From contig CP060222.1 of assembly GCA_023898425.1 (NCBI GenBank), forward strand, positions 930,001 through 962,000: a DNA stretch of 32,000 bases. Reading direction: 5' to 3'. Shown here piece by piece: positions 7,842-15,466 of this stretch. Numbering within the stretch: the stretch's first letter is position 1; each line of letters starts with the position of its first letter. This DNA comes from Candidatus Saccharimonadota bacterium. GTDB taxonomy: Bacteria; Patescibacteriota; Patescibacteriia; 2-12-FULL-60-25. The notes under the pieces were generated by a model. That model did not search any database. It was not told the DNA's origin and saw only the letters and a list, made by a program, of their open reading frames with translations. The position numbers and the translations under genes were made by a program.

Positions 7842-10523
7842 ATGAGACCAAAGTTATTTTTACTTGATGCAAATGCGCTTTTGCATCGATCGTGGCATGC
7901 AATACGCCCACTCACGAGTCCGGATGGACGCACAGTGAACTGTGTTTACGGTATGACGATGAGCGTGATGAAGCTTATTGAACGCTATAAGCCGGATGCA
8001 TTCGCTGCTTGTTGGGATACAGAAGCACCTACATTTCGACACGAAGCTTATAAAGAATACAAAGGACATCGTAAAGAAAAAGAACAAGATCTTTACGATC
8101 AAATCCCTTGGGTCAAAGAAGGTTTTGATGCATTAGGAATCCCCTCGCTTTTTCTTGATGGATATGAAGCCGATGATTTGCTCGGTACGATTGGTGCACG
8201 TGCGGTCAAAGAAGGTTTTGATGTTACGATTATTACTGGTGATCGTGATGCGCTTCAATTAGTAAGACCACACCTCGAAGTGATGTTATTTGTAAAAGGT
8301 GTTACCGAAGTGAAGATTGTTAATGAAAAGGTTCTGTTAGAAGAATATGGATTTACACCAGAGCAATTTATAGATTTTAAAGCGATTCAAGGTGATGCAT
8401 CAGATAATATCCCAGGAATACGTGGTATTGGTGAAGTTGGTGCAAAATCTCTTTTGAAACATTTTGGTTCTATGGATGGAATCATTAAGGCAGCCCATGA
8501 TCCAATATCAGAGATGCGCGCTAAAAATAGAGAAGCGATACTAAGCGCCGAGAAAGAGATCCCAGCTATTTTGGACCTTGTGAGAATTCGTCTCGATGTT
8601 CCTTATAAATGGGATATTGATAAACATCTATTGCTAAGCAAAAATGCAGAAGCAAGAACTTTTTTGCTATCAATGGGATTTGTTTCTTTGTTAAAACGCC
8701 TTGATGATTTAGAAGGTAAAGGTACTTCGTCTATTAAAGCTGATTCAGAAAAAAAGAAAAAACCATCTAAATCTGTTTTAGCATATGATGCGATGAATGA
8801 ATCTTCTAACGAAGAAAAATCTTTTAAAGCAGAGACAAAAGGTGGTTTATCGATGAATGAAATAAAGAGTCGTTTACAAAAAGCAAAACATATTGCCCTT
8901 GGTATTGTGTGGGAAGATGCATCTATCCCAGCGGTAAAAGCAAAAGCGATGGCATTGTTTTGTACGGATGGTGAATCTACCTTTTTACTACAAGCGAATG
9001 AATTAAAACAAGACCCAGCGTTTTTTTCTGCTTTGGATAAAAAGGTTATTGCTCATGATACAAAAGCCGTGATGCATGGACTACGCATGCTTGGTGTACA
9101 AAATCCTCAATGGGATTTTGATACAATGCTAGCAGCTTATGTGCTGAATGCTGGTGAACGCTCTCATGATTTAAGAACCGTTGCGTTGGCTTATGCGGAT
9201 ATTACTTTAGCAACCGAACCTACAATTGCAGAACAAGTATTAGCCGCCTGGCATTGCACTGAGCCTCTAAAAAAAGCGTTAAAAAATGAGAAATTAACGG
9301 AGGTTTTTGAACGTTTTGAGCTACCTTTGGCGCCTGTGCTTTGTAAGATGGAGGCTGAAGGTATTGAGATAGATACGGTCTATCTACATACGTTGGCAAA
9401 AGAATTACGTACGGAGCAAGAAAAACTCCTTAAGTTGATGCAAAGTATTGCAGGTACAGACTTAAACCCAGCATCACCTGCGCAACTATCACATGTATTG
9501 TTTGAATTACTAGCATTACCAACAAAGGGTATTAAAAAAGGAAAGACAGGATTTTCTACAGCTGCAAGTGAATTAGAAAAGCTTCGAGGGTCACACGAAA
9601 TTATTGAATACATAGAAAACTATCGCGAGGTATCAAAACTGCTTTCAACTTACGTCGAAGTTATCCCTACGCTTGTTGATAAGCATCATCGTTTACACAC
9701 AACCTTTCAACAGGCTGTTGCTGCAACGGGGCGTTTATCTTCTGCAGACCCTAATGTTCAAAACATTCCAATTCGTACCGAACTTGGTCGAAAGGTACGT
9801 ACAGCATTTAAAGCAAAAGAAGGTTTTGAGCTTATTGCATGTGATTATTCGCAAATCGAATTACGTTTAATTGCTTCTCTCGCACAAGATAAACAAATGA
9901 TTGAAGCCTTTAAAAAAGGGTTAGATATTCACACGGCTACCGCTTCGAGAATATGGAATATCCCACTTGATGAGGTTACAAAAGAGCAAAGGCGCTCTGC
10001 AAAGGCTATTAACTTTGGAATTATCTATGGTCAAGGCCCAGTAGGTTTATCGCAAACAGCAGGAATCACGTTTGCAGAAGCTAAACAGTTTATTGCAAAT
10101 TATTTTGAAGCATATCCAGGTATTAAAAAATACTTGGATGAAACAAAGGTGTTAGCAAAGAAGCAGGGTTATATTGAAACAATTTATGGACGTCGTCGTC
10201 CCCTACCTGAGCTAGAATCAGATATGGCGATGTTGCGTGCGTCCGGCGAACGAATGGCAATTAATATGCCTGTACAAGGTACAGCTGCAGATATTATTAA
10301 GTTAGCGATGTTAGAAGTAGATAAAAAATTACCAACGGTATCACCAAAAGCACGTATGCTTTTACAGGTGCACGATGAATTAGTATTTGAAGTGCCTAAA
10401 AACGAACGCGAGCAGGTAGCAACCTTTGTTGTTGATATTATGGAGCATGTTGCAGATGTTGGTGTCCCACTTCTTGTTGAGTCAAAGTATGGCAAGAACT
10501 GGGAAGAGATGATAAAGCTATAA
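7842..10523 (+). CDS. polA: DNA polymerase I
   Basis: 893-aa ORF. The N-terminal 5'-3' exonuclease/FEN region includes LLDANALLHRSWHA and GDASDNIPGIRGIGEVGA. The family A polymerase motifs are DYSQIELRL, RRSAKAINFGIIYG and QVHDELVFE. I could not see a canonical DxE ExoI motif in the middle domain by eye. Confidence 0.95.
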   Translation: MRPKLFLLDANALLHRSWHAIRPLTSPDGRTVNCVYGMTMSVMKLIERYKPDAFAACWDTEAPTFRHEAYKEYKGHRKEKEQDLYDQIPWVKEGFDALGIPSLFLDGYEADDLLGTIGARAVKEGFDVTIITGDRDALQLVRPHLEVMLFVKGVTEVKIVNEKVLLEEYGFTPEQFIDFKAIQGDASDNIPGIRGIGEVGAKSLLKHFGSMDGIIKAAHDPISEMRAKNREAILSAEKEIPAILDLVRIRLDVPYKWDIDKHLLLSKNAEARTFLLSMGFVSLLKRLDDLEGKGTSSIKADSEKKKKPSKSVLAYDAMNESSNEEKSFKAETKGGLSMNEIKSRLQKAKHIALGIVWEDASIPAVKAKAMALFCTDGESTFLLQANELKQDPAFFSALDKKVIAHDTKAVMHGLRMLGVQNPQWDFDTMLAAYVLNAGERSHDLRTVALAYADITLATEPTIAEQVLAAWHCTEPLKKALKNEKLTEVFERFELPLAPVLCKMEAEGIEIDTVYLHTLAKELRTEQEKLLKLMQSIAGTDLNPASPAQLSHVLFELLALPTKGIKKGKTGFSTAASELEKLRGSHEIIEYIENYREVSKLLSTYVEVIPTLVDKHHRLHTTFQQAVAATGRLSSADPNVQNIPIRTELGRKVRTAFKAKEGFELIACDYSQIELRLIASLAQDKQMIEAFKKGLDIHTATASRIWNIPLDEVTKEQRRSAKAINFGIIYGQGPVGLSQTAGITFAEAKQFIANYFEAYPGIKKYLDETKVLAKKQGYIETIYGRRRPLPELESDMAMLRASGERMAINMPVQGTAADIIKLAMLEVDKKLPTVSPKARMLLQVHDELVFEVPKNEREQVATFVVDIMEHVADVGVPLLVESKYGKNWEEMIKL

Positions 10524-10524
10524 T

Positions 10525-11355
10525 ATGCTTATTATTTGCTCAGGAGCTGATAGTTATAAGGCTTTACAAAAGGCTATTGAATTAGAGCATGCCTATAAAA
10601 CAAAACATGATCCAAGCGGACTTTCAATTGAGCGCTGTGAGCCGGGTCAATCCCCTGTCCAGTTTTTGCAAGAACGCTTAGGAGTGGGGTCATTGTTTGC
10701 AAAAAGATCGTTCTTAAGAGTTTCTGGGTTATTAAAAGTAAAAGCATCAGAAAAGAAAATTCTTAAAAAACTATTAGATCATCCAGATGAGATGACGATT
10801 ATTGTTGATCTTGAAGAAGGTTCATTAAAAATGTCTGACGTTGATGGTTTTACAGAAGCTGCAGGTATTGTCCGGTATGACTTTCCAGAAACCAAAGGTG
10901 CGGTTTTTGCAAAGTGGCTTACAGAATATGCATCAACCATTAACGTAGATGATAAGGAGCTAATAAAAAAGATTTCACGAATGTATGATGGTGACTCATG
11001 GGGCGCAATCAACGCTCTCATCCAGGCTTCATGTGGGTATCCTCTTGATGAGATCACACAAGAAGCAGACTCAACCTATCAATATGTTGACGCTGTCTTA
11101 AGAAACCAAAAACAACGGTATCAATACGATGCCTATAAGCAATTTGATAGCGCGACACTGGCGCTTATACTCCAACAAGCCTCTCAAGCAGAACGAATAA
11201 AAAATAATGACAGCACGGGTATTCATCCGTTTGTTGCAAGTAAGTTAAAAACTATCGGTGACTCCTCTGCTCTTGCTTTGATATCAGCGATAGAATCTCA
11301 TGCCTTGGTAAGATCAGGTCATGCGACTGACACCGAAGTAAATACGATGTTTTGA
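10525..11355 (+). CDS. hypothetical protein, possibly a short DNA polymerase III delta (HolA-like) subunit
   Basis: 276-aa ORF whose start lies 1 nt after the polA stop. The N-terminus (MLIICSGADSYKALQKAIELE) resembles the start of delta subunits. The assignment rests on context and weak pattern only. Confidence 0.35.
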   Translation: MLIICSGADSYKALQKAIELEHAYKTKHDPSGLSIERCEPGQSPVQFLQERLGVGSLFAKRSFLRVSGLLKVKASEKKILKKLLDHPDEMTIIVDLEEGSLKMSDVDGFTEAAGIVRYDFPETKGAVFAKWLTEYASTINVDDKELIKKISRMYDGDSWGAINALIQASCGYPLDEITQEADSTYQYVDAVLRNQKQRYQYDAYKQFDSATLALILQQASQAERIKNNDSTGIHPFVASKLKTIGDSSALALISAIESHALVRSGHATDTEVNTMF

Positions 11356-11360
11356 GAAAT

Positions 11361-11392
11361 AAAAAAACCTCCGTTTATCGGAGGTTTTTTTT
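11361..11392. terminator. bidirectional rho-independent terminator
   Basis: aaaaaaacctccg tttat cggaggtttttttt. It lies between convergent gene ends (the 10525-11355 ORF and rpsT). Confidence 0.7.
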
Positions 11393-11394
11393 AT

Positions 11395-11652
11395 TTACTT
11401 TGTTGCAACGGATTTCATTGCAGCGCTTACTAAGCGACGTGCTTTGTTCTTATGGATAACAAAGTTCTTGCTAGCTTTTGCGCTAGCGCTTTGAAGTTTG
11501 ACCACAAGTTCTTTTGTTTGTGGTTCACCTTTCTTAACAGCTTCTTTAAGCTGTTTAGTAAGGCTTTTTACATGGGTCTTCATGCGGGCGTTGCGCACTG
11601 CGCGACGAGCGTTTTTACGAAGATCCTTAATGGCTGCATGCTTTTGTGGCAT
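11395..11652 (-). CDS. rpsT: 30S ribosomal protein S20
   Basis: 85-aa basic ORF with an S20-typical N-terminus (MPQKHAAIKDLRKNARRAVRNARMKTHVKS). Confidence 0.93.
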   Translation of the reverse strand: MPQKHAAIKDLRKNARRAVRNARMKTHVKSLTKQLKEAVKKGEPQTKELVVKLQSASAKASKNFVIHKNKARRLVSAAMKSVATK

Positions 11653-11664
11653 AATGTTAGCGCA

Positions 11665-11693
11665 AAGATAAGTTAAATGTGGGATGATGTCAA
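11665..11693 (-). promoter_or_regulatory. putative rpsT promoter
   Basis: On the minus strand: TTGACA (11693-11688), a 17-bp spacer, then TATCTT (11670-11665). It lies 12 nt upstream of the rpsT ATG, implying a very short leader. Confidence 0.4.
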
Positions 11694-11924
11694 GGATGCA
11701 TCAATTTGTTGACGGTATTTTTCGCTAAACGTACACTCTTTTTTACCTATAACGTGTTTAAATCGTCTCTAAGACTTTTAAAGGTAGTTAACATCCTGTT
11801 TAATTTATCATTTTTTGATTCTGGGTTGGTGTTTAAGATTAGTTAGTGGCTTCTGGTAACTAATAGATTATTTGTACAAGTGTTTTACGACACATAAAAC
11901 AAGACTCATTGTTCGTATATAAAT

Positions 11925-11999
11925 GTTTCTGTAGTTCAATGGATAGAACAAGGGACTCCTAAGCCCTAGATCGTGGTTCGACTCCACGCAGAAACACCA
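11925..11999 (+). tRNA. tRNA-Arg (CCU), CCA encoded
   Basis: GTTTCTG TA GTTC AATGGATA GAAC A AGGGA CTCCTAA GCCCT ... GTGG TTCGACT CCAC GCAGAAAC A CCA. This is a cloverleaf with anticodon CCT preceded by T33. There is one A-G mismatch at the bottom of the anticodon stem. Confidence 0.85.
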
Positions 12000-12002
12000 C
12001 GT

Positions 12003-12032
12003 AAAAACCGTAGCTAAAACCTGCGGTTTTTT
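12003..12032 (+). terminator. terminator hairpin after tRNA-Arg
   Basis: aaaaccgtag ctaaaac ctgcggtttttt: a 10-bp stem with one G-U pair, followed by a T-run. Confidence 0.55.
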
Positions 12033-12090
12033 CGTACGGTTCACGTGGCGTGGCCTGTTGCTCGCTTTTTAAGCATCTAGCAGCAGCTAC

Positions 12091-12119
12091 TTGATTTTTC
12101 TCTTAAAATATGCTATATT
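12091..12119 (+). promoter_or_regulatory. promoter with extended -10 for the small-ORF unit
   Basis: TTGATT (12091-12096), a 17-bp spacer ending in TGc, then TATATT (12114-12119). An imperfect palindrome ttgcta-N9-tagcaa follows at about 12128-12148. Confidence 0.5.
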
Positions 12120-12163
12120 TAAATTATTGCTAAATACTAAATAGCAAAAAACAAATATAAAGT

Positions 12164-12496
12164 ATGGGTATGGAAACATATGCTCAACGACCGGTGATGA
12201 GAGACATGTCTCAACATAAGTCAGGTTCTTCTACAGGTGATCATCGAGAAAAAATAATGGCTCTCGATGGACCAAAGTATCCTGATATGAAGATAGGTAC
12301 ACCATATGATGAATTCGATGATCTTACAGATGCTAAATATGGTGAAGAAAGGCTTTTGAAGCCTGCTAAAACCCCAAAAGAAGAGAGAACCCGCGCGAAA
12401 TATATTCGTGACAACAAAGGGGTTATGAAAGAAATAAAAATAACTCCGTACAGAAGCCATCTCGACAAGCCTCAAAAACCAAGACAGTTAAACTAA
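12164..12496 (+). CDS. hypothetical small charged protein
   Basis: 110-aa ORF, lysine/glutamate/proline-rich, with no hydrophobic segment and no motif I recognise. It lies between a good promoter and the terminator at 12781-12819. Confidence 0.45.
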   Translation: MGMETYAQRPVMRDMSQHKSGSSTGDHREKIMALDGPKYPDMKIGTPYDEFDDLTDAKYGEERLLKPAKTPKEERTRAKYIRDNKGVMKEIKITPYRSHLDKPQKPRQLN

Positions 12497-12514
12497 TACT
12501 AAATACAAAAAGTT

Positions 12515-12649
12515 ATGCCACAAGGATCATTTCATGGCGCAGAATCACTTCACTTGCAGCCAGCTAAAAACATAGCAGGTACAACTGTGCCCGCAGATAA
12601 GGCTATTGAGGATTATCATAAACATCACGGAGATCCATCTAAGGCCTGA
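12515..12649 (+). CDS. very small hypothetical ORF (44 aa), possibly the 5' part of a frameshifted about 85-aa gene ending at 12773
   Basis: My translation is MPQGSFHGAESLHLQPAKNIAGTTVPADKAIEDYHKHHGDPSKA, ending at the stop. A second frame is open from 12576 to 12773 (…DTESDFDPRKLTMVGEGIGKGPNHTFYKVRNFKGKVFAKRF). Both pieces are below the ORF-track size cutoff. Confidence 0.2.
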   Translation: MPQGSFHGAESLHLQPAKNIAGTTVPADKAIEDYHKHHGDPSKA

Positions 12650-12780
12650 TACAGAAAGTGATTTTGACCCACGTAAGTTAACAATGGTGGGTGAGGGTAT
12701 CGGAAAAGGTCCAAACCATACCTTTTATAAGGTAAGAAATTTTAAAGGTAAGGTATTCGCTAAGCGATTCTAGTGGTAGA

Positions 12781-12819
12781 TAAAAAAACAACCGACATGC
12801 TTGTCCGGTTGTTTTTTTG
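12781..12819 (+). terminator. rho-independent terminator
   Basis: aaaaaaaacaaccgaca tgct tgtccggttgtttttttg: a GC-containing stem with one bulge and a T7 run. Confidence 0.6.
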
Positions 12820-13043
12820 TTTTACATGAAACTATCCACAGGTATTTTTGTGTTTCACAAGAAACAAATTCTTTGCAGGTATAAGCTGTGTATACCGAGC
12901 TAAATACAGTCTTAAGTACCATGCTATCTGTGGATATTCATATGATTACGATATACACATGTTGATATCTAGTATATTTTGATCAAGATTTACAATGAAA
13001 GAGGTATTCAGATGTTGGTAAGTACAGAAAAAGTGTATAAACA

Positions 13044-13069
13044 TGTGGATAATGTTTCATATGAAACAA
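13044..13069 (+). repeat. 26-bp direct repeat, copy 1 (DnaA box + 14-bp palindrome)
   Basis: tgtggataatgtttcatatgaaacaa is identical to 13116-13141. It contains TGTGGATAA immediately followed by the perfect palindrome gtttcatatgaaac. Confidence 0.9.
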
Positions 13070-13115
13070 TTTTCATCACTACCAACTGTTGATAAGCATG
13101 TGTACAAATTTAAGC

Positions 13116-13141
13116 TGTGGATAATGTTTCATATGAAACAA
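13116..13141 (+). repeat. 26-bp direct repeat, copy 2
   Basis: A perfect copy of 13044-13069, with starts 72 bp apart. Confidence 0.9.
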
Positions 13142-13590
13142 AAGTTTATATACAAACTTCACGTATTCAGAGCTGGGTTGGTTTTCATATCACATCTACA
13201 AGCGGGTCTTGTTTTCTTTATCAACCGAAATACTGGGTTGTAATCAATCTTATGGATATATGTGTTTGTATTCCCAATCTTTGTTTGTTTGAATATTCGT
13301 TTAAGTTGCTGGATATCAAAAAAAAATAGAACGACCAGACTCGAGTGTTGAGTCTGGCCGTGAGGTGATCATGAAGCGTTGGTAGAACCGATGCCTCAAT
13401 TGCGCTGAGCACGTTCCGTGAGTGGAGGTGCGGCTGTGAGTTCTAGAAGTGTATAACAAGGAGAATAATTGTCAACAAATATACAGTGTGTCTTTGCATA
13501 TAATATTGTACGACGCTAGTAAACTGTGCTAAATAGAGCGAAATTTTTATGAATGGTTAAAAATACTATATAATAGATATATCTTTAACT

Positions 13591-14505
13591 ATGCGTTTTT
13601 TGCATTATTCTCTGAGTGCTCTTGTGAGCGTACTCCTTACCGTCTCGCCAGTCATGGCGATGACGAGTACGAACTATCAAATCAATTGGGATGATATGGC
13701 TGCGGGAGGCGCAGATTTTGGATCCAGTGCCAATTATCTTGTGCATGATACTCTTGGTGATGTTGCTGCAGGCGCTGGTTCTAGTGTGAATTATCGATTA
13801 TCAGCCGGATATCGTATACCAGAAACAACAAATATCTTGGGTTATGAGGTAAAAGCACGATCCGCAAGTCCTTCGACGTCGTGGTCTTCGTTTAATGGAG
13901 TTGATCAGGTGACAGTTGCTTCAGCTGCTGGTTTTTCGATAGGGGATCTTATTGCGGTAATAGAAGATATCGGGCTATCACAACTTGTTGCTATCGGTAG
14001 AATCTCAAATATCGCAGGCACTTTAATAACAGTTGATCGATTTGACGGTGATTCAGGTATTATCTCAGTAGTTTCAGCTGGTGGAGATGATAGAGTTTAT
14101 CGTTTATCTGCAGCATCTCTCGCCTTGGGTTCGGTAACGGATTCTACAGCCGCGGTTGGTGTAGTTGGTACGAATGTGATTTCAAGTGTTCCTACGGGTT
14201 ATTCGCTTTATGTACACGGTAATCATTTAATGCAAAGTGGTGCTGAAACAATCGACGAAGTATTGGATGGGTCAGTCACCGTAGGTTCCGAAGAATTTGG
14301 CGCTAGTGTAACGGGTCCAGGGGCAATAAATGCGGGTACCGATCTTGGAGTCACAACAACATTACGTTTAGTGCAAACAAATGCCGTCGCTACAGGTGGT
14401 GAGGGTGATAAACTTGGTTTCTCGTATAAGCTTACCGTTGCACCAGGTACGGTAAACGGTAGTTATACTCAAGATACGTACTATACCTTGGTAGCAAATT
14501 ACTAG
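13591..14505 (+). CDS. secreted hypothetical protein (signal peptide; Gly/Ser/Thr-rich beta-type sequence)
   Basis: 304-aa ORF with an N-terminal signal-like segment (MRFLHYSLSALVSVLLTVSPVMA). The motif S-x-NY-x-(L/I/V) recurs (TSTNYQI, SSANYLV, SSVNYRL). There is no further hydrophobic anchor. It is the first gene of a tightly packed three-gene unit. Confidence 0.8.
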   Translation: MRFLHYSLSALVSVLLTVSPVMAMTSTNYQINWDDMAAGGADFGSSANYLVHDTLGDVAAGAGSSVNYRLSAGYRIPETTNILGYEVKARSASPSTSWSSFNGVDQVTVASAAGFSIGDLIAVIEDIGLSQLVAIGRISNIAGTLITVDRFDGDSGIISVVSAGGDDRVYRLSAASLALGSVTDSTAAVGVVGTNVISSVPTGYSLYVHGNHLMQSGAETIDEVLDGSVTVGSEEFGASVTGPGAINAGTDLGVTTTLRLVQTNAVATGGEGDKLGFSYKLTVAPGTVNGSYTQDTYYTLVANY

Positions 14506-14506
14506 T

Positions 14507-15412
14507 ATGTTTCACACGCGTTCATTATTTGCATTGATTGTATCGTTTAGCTTTTTATTGGTCATGCCTACAAAGTCTCATGCGCTTACCGTGGGCCCTG
14601 CGATTACAGATATTTCGCTTGATGCAGGGATGGTAACTACTACCAATATCGTTGTGGGTAATAATGACGCAATTTACAAAACATTTGATTTTTCTACGGA
14701 AACATTTGAAGCTGATGGTGATAAGGGTCAATCACGTTTTTTAGGAAAGACTGGCGCTGCCAACTGGTTTATTATGGATGCATCGGTAACCTTGCAGCCA
14801 GGTGAAAATAGAAAAGTACCCATCTCTCTACGTGTTCCTCAAGATGTCACGCCTGGGAGTTATCAAGTTGTTGTTTTTATAACAGAGCGTGGTTCTACCG
14901 AGTCTGGAGTAACAAATCTACAGAGAATCGGTGTCTTATTTTTTCTAATGGTACAAGGTGATACGAATGTTGTTTGGAGTGAGCCAGAGTTTCAGCAAGT
15001 ATTTTCTCAGGTTGTTAGCTTTGGAAATACTTTTCGTGTGGGATTAGAAAATAAGGGTAATACCTACGGTGTACCTTCGGGGACTATTGAGATTGCTTCG
15101 CTCTTTGGCACTTCAAAAAAAATTTCACTTAATCCTCAGCAGGTTCGCGTATTGCCAGGTAGTAAACGGTCGTATGTCGTTGGTTTTGGTGATACTCGTG
15201 CACCTAAAACGTTTGTCGAGCGTATAAAGCAAGAGTGGACGCATTTTGCTATTGGTCCCTATACCGCTAAAATGCAATTAGACGGCTATCCTGAGGTTCT
15301 TGAAACGTCATTTATTGTTTTGCCAACAGCGCTCATAAGTATTTTTACCGGTATCCTTCTATTGTTATTGGTTGTTATTACCTGGGCAAAATACGTGAGA
15401 CGTACTGTTTGA
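14507..15412 (+). CDS. secreted protein with a C-terminal transmembrane anchor; two beta-sandwich-like halves reminiscent of DUF916/DUF3324 cell-surface proteins
   Basis: 301-aa ORF starting 1 nt after the previous stop. It has a signal peptide (FALIVSFSFLLVMPTKSHA). Patterns include VTLQPGENRKVPISLRVPQDVTPGSYQVVVFI and VLPGSKRSYVV ... IGPYTAKMQL. The C-terminal TM segment is LISIFTGILLLLLVVITW followed by KYVRR. The family resemblance is from memory of sequence patterns, not a search. Confidence 0.75.
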   Translation: MFHTRSLFALIVSFSFLLVMPTKSHALTVGPAITDISLDAGMVTTTNIVVGNNDAIYKTFDFSTETFEADGDKGQSRFLGKTGAANWFIMDASVTLQPGENRKVPISLRVPQDVTPGSYQVVVFITERGSTESGVTNLQRIGVLFFLMVQGDTNVVWSEPEFQQVFSQVVSFGNTFRVGLENKGNTYGVPSGTIEIASLFGTSKKISLNPQQVRVLPGSKRSYVVGFGDTRAPKTFVERIKQEWTHFAIGPYTAKMQLDGYPEVLETSFIVLPTALISIFTGILLLLLVVITWAKYVRRTV

Positions 15413-15466
15413 TCAGGTATCAATCCATAAAGAGTTGTCTCAAGTCTTGATGGATGGTTACCCGAT

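Larger units (their letters stand above)
12826..13260. promoter_or_regulatory. second DnaA-box cluster (possible origin element, DnaA-titration site or DnaA-controlled regulatory region)
   Basis: Perfect TGTGGATAA boxes are at 13044-13052 and 13116-13124. 8/9 boxes are at 12832-12840 (ctatccaca) and 12928-12936 (tgtggatat). 7/9 boxes are at 12887, 12951, 13032, 13099 and 13251. The background is very AT-rich and there is no credible ORF. Confidence 0.45.

Noticed and set aside
7842-10523. Possible loss of proofreading in Pol I (no obvious DxE ExoI motif in the middle domain).
   Set aside because: Exo-deficient Pol I is common, and I cannot align the motifs reliably by eye. It is noted only in the feature evidence.
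13044-13141. A CRISPR array suggested by the perfect 26-bp direct repeat.
   Set aside because: There are only two copies, no cas genes are present, and the repeat itself is a DnaA box plus a palindrome. It is better explained as a protein-binding element.
13043-13412. Track ORFs 13043-13243(+), 13117-13329(+) and 13221-13412(-).
   Set aside because: They lie in AT-rich non-coding DNA. The repeated MWIMFHMKQ / LWIMFHMKQ is just the translated 26-bp repeat. The minus ORF reads through a hairpin and an A9 run. Nothing supports coding.
13362-13435. Resemblance to the 3' end of 16S rRNA (aggtgcggctg on the plus strand, gatcacctc on the minus strand).
   Set aside because: The matches are only 9-11 nt, lie on opposite strands, and are not flanked by any other rRNA sequence. 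They are most likely coincidental or unrelated structural elements.
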